DNA of 64,000 nucleotides from Mytilus trossulus (Eukaryota): NCBI RefSeq assembly GCF_036588685.1, contig NC_086386.1, positions 17,298,001 to 17,362,000 of the forward strand, read 5' to 3'. Shown piece by piece: positions 37,401 to 46,021 of this stretch (position 1 is its first letter; each line of letters starts with the position of its first letter). The notes under the pieces were generated by a model. It saw only the letters and a program-made list of their open reading frames with translations, ran no database searches and was not told where the DNA came from. The position numbers and the translations under genes were made by a program.

Positions 37401-40400
37401 ATAAACTTTTTAATAAATAAAGTCTGGTACTGGAACGTGTTTCTAGGAGCTCAACCCTCCTATAACCTGACTCTGTGATGTAACAGTACATTTCGGGGAC
37501 TTTTATAGCTGAATATGCGGTATTGGCCTTGTTGAAGGCCGTACGGTGACCTATAAGTGTTAATTTCTGTGTCATGTTGGTCTCTTGTGGAGAGTTGTCT
37601 CATTGACAATCATACCGCATGTTCTTTTTTTATGATTATTAGCACTTTATTAAGAATGAAACAACTAAACAAATACAAAAGACCAAAAGTAAACATCTAT
37701 TAACGAGAACTAGTAATCACTGAAAGCTAGTTCGAAGCCAACTGTTGGTAAATAAATCATTTACATCTCCAACGGATTTATTGTTTTGACGTCATAACAA
37801 GTACAAAACGCACGTTACATGTTTATTTTATGTAGGACCATAAGTATGAATATTTAGAAAACAGTACATGCTTTGTTATATATAGTCATCAAAGGATTAT
37901 AATTTAGTACGCCAGACGCGCGTTTCGTCTTCATAAGACTCATCAGTGACGCTCAAATCAAAATATTTATAAAGTCAAACAAGTACAAAGTTGAAGAGCA
38001 TTGAGGATCCAAAATTCCGAAAAGTTGTGCCTAATACGGCTAAGGCAATCTTTACCTGGGATAACAACATCCTTTTTTTTTTGAAAATTCAAAGTTTTGT
38101 AAACAGGAAATTTATAAAAATGACCACATTATTGATATTCATGTCGAAACGGAAGTGTTGACTACTGGGCTGTTGATACCCTCGGGGACGAAACGTCCAC
38201 CAGCAGTGGCATCGACCCAGTTGTGTAAATAGTTATCAAAGGTATCAGGATTATAATTTAGTACGCCAGACACGTATGACGCTCACAATCAAAATACTTA
38301 TAAAGCCAAACATGTAAAAAGTTGAAGAGCATATAATACTGATGAAATCAAAAGCCATGTTAATACAGATAAATGCAATAGCCAACAGCTGGTAAGGAGC
38401 ATATTCCTGTTCATGTGAAGGAGCTTATATTAACTTATTCAGAGGCATCAGTGGACGAATGATCTGTGTAGTTCTACAAATGTAGTCCTCCCCAGCCTGT
38501 CAAGACTGAAGTTGTTCGATCGGCTCGTATCTGTTTTTGTCGAGGATCACCAGTTCGTGTAAAAAAAGGAGATCTGGTATGATTGCCAATGAGACAACTC
38601 TCTACATGAGACCAAAATGACTCAGAAAAAAACATCTATACGTTACCGTACGGCCTTCAACAATGAGCAAATCCCATACCAGTAACCAAAATGATACGGT
38701 ATGACATCGCCTAACACGAAGAAGATTTTGATATTGAATAATTCATTTTTCTGAAATTTATAGAACAAATATAACTTTACCAGTAAAGGCAAATACTTTT
38801 CATTGAAAGTACCAATTGTTAATTTAAAAACATCTATTGAAGGTCCAGCTGCCGTTGATTTCAATACTTTAATAGAGGATTTAGAGACTATCCATAATTA
38901 TAGGCATGATACATGTTTACGGTTGCTTATAGCAGAAATGACGGTTTGTAAGTATTAAATAAATGTTAAGAATATTGTTTGCTAAGAAAATTGTATGTCG
39001 TATATCAAAAACAGTACTTCATGAACTTCAGATGATGAAATTGTTTCATACAAATATATGTCTTCTAGTCGCAAAATGTATGTTATAGTGCATTATAATT
39101 CATTGACCGAATACAATATTTATTTTTTTACTAAGAGTTTACTGTCGTATATAAGGGTAATTAACACTCGTAGACCTTATAGAATTTTATTTTCGTATAA
39201 GTTTGTTCATATCAGGATCAAGAGATAAAGTATAATGTCTTTACTTAATATGTTTTCTATTTGTAGATGTGAAAAGATACCAGTATGATATCTGCACGCA
39301 GTATAAAACAGAAATGTCTGGTTACTTCTCTACAGATAATGTAAACTGTCTACCTCCAGGTAAATCCTCAGTTCAGAGATTCTGATGATAGATATGTTTT
39401 CCAATTAACAAAACGTAGAACAGTAAACTGTCAGCAGCAAATCTAAACAGTTACATAAAAACGGGGATAATTCTAAACTTCCAAAAACAGAGATTGCACA
39501 TGTGACTGATACCTTTACTTATTGATTCGAAATTGCACGACCTCAATATGTCTTAGTAATTTATATGAAAAAATAGCTAACAAAACTACCAAAATCCATA
39601 CAATACAAGCATTTACCTATGTAAAAGTGGTGGATTAATCTAGTTTATAGGTAGCATATCTGTAAATATTGACAATGCAATTTCCCATAGGAACTTCTTT
39701 TACGGCTAAAACTGTACCACTTTTATTATGAAGTTTTGAAAAAAAAAATCTTATCTTAGTTCAGAGATTCTGTTGAAAGACATTTTTTTTCCAATTAACA
39801 AAACGTTGAACAGTAAACTGTCAGCAGCATATATAAACAGCTACTTTATAGCTTGTTGTTTGGTGTGAGCCAAGGCTCCGTATTGAAGGCCGTACATTGA
39901 CCTATAATGGTTTACTTTTTAAAATTATTATTTGAATGGAGAGTTATTTCATTGGCACTCACACCACATCTATCTATATCTAAATAATTCTAAACTTCCA
40001 AAAACAGAGATTGCACATGAGACTGATACCTTTACTTATTGGTCCGAAATTGCACGACCTCAATAGGTATTTGTACTTTATATGAAACAATTAAATTAAC
40101 AAAAATACTGAAATCCAAGGAAAATTCAAATCGGAAAGTCCCTTAACAAATGAACAAATCATAAGCCCAAACACATAAAACGAATGAAAAAAAATAGTCA
40201 TACAATATAAGCATTTCCTTATGTAAAAGTGCTGGATTAACCTAGTTTATAGCGAGCTAGATAAAGGCAACAGTAGTATACCCCTGTTCAAAAGTAATAA
40301 ATTCAGAAAAAAAACTTTTTGATAGTATCTTATTAGATTTGAGAACGCAAAACAGTATGGTTTCATAATCATTAATATTTTGTTGTTTTTTAGAGTTTTA

Positions 40401-41566
40401 TTCATCATTATTATGAGTTTTGTTATGCTTTTTTCAAAGAAGAGTTAAACAATGTATTCGTTGATTTACACATATAAACACCGTTGTTTCACCAGTCTAC
40501 ACAACTTCTCTAACGGAAATTGGCAAATCCAGTGTTTAAACACATCTGTTCAAACGAATGGACATCAACTGTCATATTCTTGACTGTGTACATGCATTTT
40601 CGAAATGTAGAAAATGGTGGATTTAACCTAGTTTTACTGCGCTACACCTCCCACTTGTATGACATTCGCATTAAATTCCATATTTGCACTTATTCTTGTC
40701 AATCATCATAATCATATATATTTTCAAATATGATTATGATGATTGACAAGAATAAGTGCAAATATGAATTATGTAATTCAAAACTATGCTTAAAGAAAAA
40801 CTGTTATTTTTTTATATATTCTAGTTGATTCTGTTTTCAGCTTCATGTACACAGTGTACATCCGGTAATTGTATCAATGCCTCCATAGCAACGCCGTGTA
40901 CAAATGGTGAACGATTCTGTATAACGTCTTCTGTACAGTCAAATACAGAAAGAAATGTGACAAGGAGGTAGGCCTTTAAAAAAAATAAAAATAAGCATAA
41001 ACGCTGCTTAACAACCATCACCAAATAGCAAGAAAATACACGTCTTGACAGAATAACCATATGTACTGTAAATGCAGAATTATCGCTCTCGGTTTGTTTT
41101 CACTATTGCGAACATTGCAACGAAATGGGTATCCCGAAGACTAACAAAACAAATCTAATTTTCATTTATTTGCATCAGAGTTCTGTTTGCATGTAGCATT
41201 TACTGAAATCATAAAAACAAATTCCAGCAGAAAATTTTGAAATTACGGTACATGCAAAATAGGAGTGCAGGAAATGGGGGGAAATGAATACAGTGTATCA
41301 AATCATGACACTATATGCACATGACATATTCAAAAACAAAGTTCTTATATCGTATCATTTATGTCTTTTTCACTTTTTTTATTTCCAGATGTTCAGATGA
41401 ACCTGAGTGTAGACTTAATCATCTATTAGTACTAGATTGTCTCCTTATTGACACTGGATCTCAGGGATTTTCTTATGACTGCCATTTTTGTTGTGCTGGA
41501 AATAACTGTAACAAAGGGCCTCAAATTGTACCCCCAACTAATACACATTATAATAGAACTTTGTAA
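31490..41566 (+). CDS. Secreted protein (about 257 aa): micro-exon-encoded N-terminal region plus C-terminal three-finger (Ly6/uPAR-like) domain
   Basis: Exons 31490-31541, 33676-33714, 34525-34569, 35514-35561, 35816-35866, 36393-36428, 38843-38947, 39267-39359, 40841-40967, 41389-41566 (774 nt, all GT-AG, open frame). Signal-like start MGNHSSWTCICVLLSLICPLHVRT. The last two exons give SCTQC..C..C..C..RRC..C..C..C-HF-CC-AGNN-CN. The last two exons are secure; the micro-exon chain is less certain. Confidence 0.72.
32265..32355 (+). mobile_element. Family-2 fragment in the opposite orientation, truncated inside the hammerhead core
   Basis: CAACTGTTTCGG..CCTTTGCTTTCGAATA..GGGGTTCCTCATGAAG is the reverse complement of family 2 and ends at a CTCATGA core variant. 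Confidence 0.4.
34180..34450 (-). mobile_element. Second hammerhead-bearing repeat family (family 2), decayed
   Basis: Minus 34228-34185 reads GAGAGUUU-CGGAUGA-AGG-UCAA-CCU-C-AAAAA-GCGC-UUC-GGACAC: hammerhead geometry with the same GCGC loop III but core mutations. Downstream sequence resembles 2100-2290. Confidence 0.6.
34687..35165. repeat. 107-bp direct duplication enclosing a 262-bp copy of 37252-37512
   Basis: 34687-34793 matches 35059-35165; 34795-35056 matches 37252-37512. Confidence 0.9.
36838..37191 (+). mobile_element. Full-length tRNA-derived SINE with 13-bp TSD
   Basis: Box A TGGTGTAGTGG, box B GGTTCGATTCC, central GGACGATAAA..GCACGTTAAAGA (resembles the Meta/MESC core), (TAAAC)3 tail, TSD AACAGACCAATGA at 36825-36837 and 37192-37204. 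Confidence 0.88.
37885..38332 (-). mobile_element. Non-LTR retrozyme-type tandem repeat (unit 354 nt, about 1.25 copies)
   Basis: GATTATAATTTAGTACGCCAGAC recurs with a 354-nt period (GCCAGAC at 37911 and 38265), followed each time by GACGCTC..ATCAAAATA..AAAGTTGAAGAGCAT. The second hammerhead (38262-38285) has lost its core. Confidence 0.8.
37908..37954 (-). ncRNA. Minimal type I hammerhead ribozyme with intact core
   Basis: Minus strand reads GAGCGUCA-CUGAUGA-GUCU-UAUGA-AGAC-GAAA-C-GCGC-G-UC/UGGCGUA. Full CUGANGA and GAAA core, helix II GUCU/AGAC, helix III with palindromic GCGC loop, GUC triplet, helix I GCGUCA/UGGCGU. Predicted cut between 37915 and 37914. Confidence 0.88.
39367..40250. 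repeat. Diverged intronic tandem duplication; second copy interrupted by a dispersed repeat
   Basis: AGTTCAGAGATTCTG..GAACAGTAAACTGTCAGCAGCA..AATTCTAAACTTCCAAAAACAGAGATTGCACATG..GAAATTGCACGACCTCAAT occurs twice; the insertion is at about 39842-39982. Confidence 0.8.
40679..40766. repeat. Perfect 39-bp inverted repeat with a 10-nt loop
   Basis: CATATTTGCACTTATTCTTGTCAATCATCATAATCATAT (40679-40717) and its exact reverse complement (40728-40766). Confidence 0.95.
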
Positions 41567-41702
41567 TATCAACAGCAATTGTTTTTTGTAAATTTAAAAA
41601 AAATAAGAGAGTCATATAAAGACATTTGCTGGATCTCTTTGACAACATTATACTTATCCAATGTATTTACCAACAGCAGAATGTGTATATGTTTTGTGTG
41701 TT

Positions 41703-42195
41703 ATAACCACAAATGTTATTCTAAATCCACGAAATAAAGTTAGTGTGCTAAAGGCAATGTGTGTCAATGAGACAATAAAAACCTAAAACATTAAAAAGAC
41801 ATTAACAGGTATATATGTTGTCTTTAACTATACACCAGTCTATACCATAAGCCAATCTCTAAATAACCACAAATGTTATTCTAAATCCACGAAATAAAGT
41901 TAGTGCGTTAAAGACAAATGTGTGTCAATGAGACAAAAAAAAACTAAAACATTAAAAAGACATTAGCAGGTATATATGGTGTCTTAAACTATACACCAGT
42001 CTTTACCATAAGCAAATCTCTAAATCACCCAGAAAAAAAGACAAATGTAAATCACAGAACTAGAGCAAATAATTGCAACAGTAGTATACCGCTATAGAGC
42101 AAACTTATCTCTAAATCACCCAGAAAAAAGACAAATGTATATCACAGAACTAGAGCAAATAAAGGCAACAGTAGTATACGGCTATAGAGCAAACT
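41703..42195. repeat. Two adjacent tandem duplications (160 bp x2, then about 88 bp x2) downstream of the three-finger gene
   Basis: ATAACCACAAATG at 41703 and 41863; ATCTCTAAATCACCCAG..GCTATAGAGCAAACT occurs twice. Confidence 0.85.
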
Positions 42196-43549
42196 ATACT
42201 TTCACCTTCTGTCCACAACAAACAGATAAAAGAAAGAAAAAAACTCATTCAATATGCTGTAAATTCAGAAGTTATTGTTTGCATTAATAATCATTTTATT
42301 TTTAAGAATGGACAAAAATAAGAAGATAATTTATAGGTGTTACAGATAAAATCTGAATACAGATATATTTAAAGGCAAGAGTAGTATACCGCTGTTCAAA
42401 ACTCATAAATTTATGGACAAAAAACAAAATCAGGGTAATAAACTAAAACCGAGGGAAACGCAGTAAATATAAGATATAAGAGGAGAACAACGACACAACA
42501 CTAAAACGTAACACAAACAGAAACGGACCAAATGTATCAGATGTTTGAAGGTGTAATGCAATTGTCACTTAATCGAAGTATTTGCATTCCTTTACGGATT
42601 TATAGTATATAAATACCTCTTTTAAACCAGGCTACTGATTTAGGAGTCATAAAGAGGTGTGTGGGATTTTAATAAAGTTGAGAGCATCCTTGACCTTGAA
42701 AGTAAAAGCAGAAATATAAGTACTATTCCATTTTGGTTTCAGGAAGCATATATTAGGACTTAGTTTAATTTTGATATAACACCAATTTCTTTTTTTCTGT
42801 ACTGTATGTGTTCTCATTTATGATCAAATCAACAACAAATAAATTAGTTATAACCATTAGATGTATACTCTACATGATCTTACATACAAGAGTCATATTA
42901 TTTATCTATGATTTATGTATTTAACGTCCATGACATTGACATTCTGGTGCTATGTTGAAATAATCACAATGAAAAATTTAGCTAATGACCTTGAAATTAA
43001 AAATTATTGTGTCTGGTATTAGGATTATGTCCTGTTAAAAATGTCAGATGATCTGTGTTTTATCTGTTAACTTTTAAAACTTAGATAAATCACACAGTTG
43101 TTGAAATAGGTCAGCAAACAACTCTTTATTTTTAATTATATCACTTATCACAGCGGTGACAAACTAGATTGTAAAGTCAGCAATTTTAGTCTGATACCCT
43201 GAATGTTTTATTGTTTGTTATTGGCTTTGAACTAGGTGTCAGTAACTGCAAGTACTCTCAGATTTGAACCTATTGTCTTGTTTGTTGTAGGGATATATAT
43301 AAATATGCTCTTTATCATATTACTTTTACGTTTATTATTTTGTGCGACCGCACCACTGTCACAGGTTGGTGGATGGTTTGTCTGTGGTTCAGGGGTTGTT
43401 GTTTGTTGATATATATAATTTTTGTTTTTCGTTATTTAGATCAGACAGTCAGTTTTCTCATTCGAATTGCTTTACATTTGTCAATTAAGGCTTTAAATAA
43501 CAGACTGCAGTATGGGTTTTACTCATTGTTGAAGGTTGTACAGTGACAT

Positions 43550-43617
43550 TGATTGATTGATTGTTGGTTGCTTTACGCCGCATTAGCACAAAAAGGCTAT
43601 ATCGCGGCGAGTCCTAT
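43550..43617 (-). mobile_element. Very short 3' end of a non-LTR retroelement with (ATCA)n tail and 8-bp TSD
   Basis: (TGAT)3 tail on +, CGCCGC/GCGGCG stem, flanked by AGTGACAT at 43542-43549 and 43618-43625; nested in another repeat. Confidence 0.65.
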
Positions 43618-46021
43618 AGTGACATAGTTGCATTAATATTCTATGTCATTTGGTCTCTTGTGGAGAGTTGTCCTGGTGGCAATCAGACACAACTTTTTAT
43701 ATTTATACTGAAATAAATACACAATATTGTGGCTGTTAAAATTGTTGCCATGAAACAAAATACTGGTCTCTCTAAACATTAAAGATCCTTGAAAAATCGG
43801 TTTGGGAATAATTTTGCTGAAATTTTGCTGAAATTAATGATTAAAGATGTTCGATAGAAATGGTTACTTTCATGTTTTATCATTGTGATGTTACAGACAT
43901 ATTCATAATGACAAATTTAAAACAGTACAGTTATCAGCAATGGCTTGATAAACATTGATTCTGGTAACTACAATTTGACATTTAATTTTTAAGAAAGTTT
44001 TAGCTAAAGGTTTCCGAATGGTTAGACTTTTTTTATTATATCTAATAGCAAAATGATATTCTCGAAATCAAAAGTGCTGCTGATAAAAACTAAGGTTAAT
44101 CTAAGATCTGATCATGGCTGTCAAAACGGTCATATATTCTGGACATGATTGAATCTAATCACCTATTTTAAATTGTTACAGCTTTACTATTAACAATACC
44201 ACATCTGGTATTTATCTACCTTAATAGCATACATTAACCCTTTTAACTAAATATATTTCTCAGACAGTGAAAATTGTGTTGACTTGGAAGCCAATATACC
44301 TCAATAAGCTCAAAATAGATGACTTTACGACTATAAGAGGTGTTCCTTTAAAAAAATGTGTTCCTTTCTATAACTCAACTAAAATGGAACCACATATTTT
44401 ATGTGTTCAAATATATTATATTTTGAGGTATTTGGGACATACATTAGAAGGTCATCCACACTATACTGTACTGCTTAATAACAAAGTGTAACTATAGTAT
44501 AAAGTCAAGAAATAAGACATACATGTATGAGCTCTAAAATTTTATTCTGGAATAGAAAACCACAATACAATATTTTGAGTAATTACATAAATGGTCATAA
44601 GCTTTAGTGCTATTTTTTCATCAAATATCTTTGGTTATAAATTTCATTTAATTATATTAAAAAAAAAATGGAAACAGATATGTATCACAGATTTTTTCCA
44701 AAACATTTAACTGTGAATTAATTATCTTCTTATTAGTCATACAAATTTCATAAGAAACCTTGAAATATATATTTCATGTAAATAACAAGGTTTTATTAAG
44801 ATCAAACATGACCAAAACATAGAAAAAAACACTTGTTTTAATTGTACTTTACATATATCTTAAATGTTAGACTCTAAAAGGGTAGAAAATTGAGGTTTAA
44901 TATCAACATTATACCTTATGTAAATATGAAAGGTTTACCTCAAAATTGATTTAACCATGAAGCAAAAATTCATAAAAATTGTTTCTAAAATCAATGGTCC
45001 ATTTACTGATGATATATAATAACCCCACAAACCACATATAAATTTTAATGTTAAATTTTATGAAAGATGTTCAACTAAATAGATTTTCCTAAAACCATAA
45101 AGTACTATTATTATTTATTTTACAACAAATACAAGTTAAAAACAACAATGTAAAATAATCCCACAAAAGAATTTTATATGATAGTAAGCACCCAATGCAG
45201 GAGATGTAAATATGATTAAGAAAACAATATCTATTATGAACATTAAAATATCAACAACATTGATACAATGGCAAAGGATCATATCTCACTATTTAAAAAG
45301 AGAAAGGATAAAAACCTTGCATACATCTATATCAGATTTCATGGTGTATTTGTGTGCAAGAAGGCATATGTATTTCTCAATGTCCATCTCCCAGTAAATA
45401 TAATTCAAGATAAATCTTAACAACATCCAAAGATAATGTTTGTCTTTGAATGATTATTAACAAGTCTTATATAGTTTAATATGATAATCAAAATTTCTAT
45501 CTGAGAATGATTATCAAGAACTCTATTTTAGAATAGCCCTTCAATAATGTTTTATGAAATATAAATAAAACCTATCATAAAACTTTTTTTGTCTGCTATC
45601 TTTTCAAAATTTAACATGAACTGTCAAAAAATAAGAATCAAATTGAATTGAAAATAATGTATTATACAACACATAGACTGGTAGAAAGGTCATGAGTTGT
45701 CTCATTGGCACTCACACCACATCTTCCTATATCTATATACATAATTTCACACTTGAATATTTCTTTTACAATTTGCAACTGATGGTACTTATTTTCAATT
45801 TGATAAAAATAAAATAAATGATTGAAAAGGCAATTCTGTCCATACAAATTGTGAAATCAGTTTTGCAACATTCCACACCATTTGAATGGAAAACCCCTTA
45901 GTTCATAACCTTGTAAATTTGATAACATTCAATTAAATCTAGACATAGAAATACGTTTTCTAAATAATTAGAAAATATTACTACACAATCAAAGGGTACC
46001 AATTTTACAAAGTTTGTCCAT

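Noticed and set aside
38161-38224. HDV-like ribozyme
   Set aside because: A P1-like helix exists, but there is no pyrimidine-rich L3, P1.1 GG, P4 or catalytic C in the required order.
38369-38391. Extra micro-exon (DKCNSQQL), and the candidate at 37836
   Set aside because: The first changes phase with no compensating exon; the second has an in-frame stop in phase 1.
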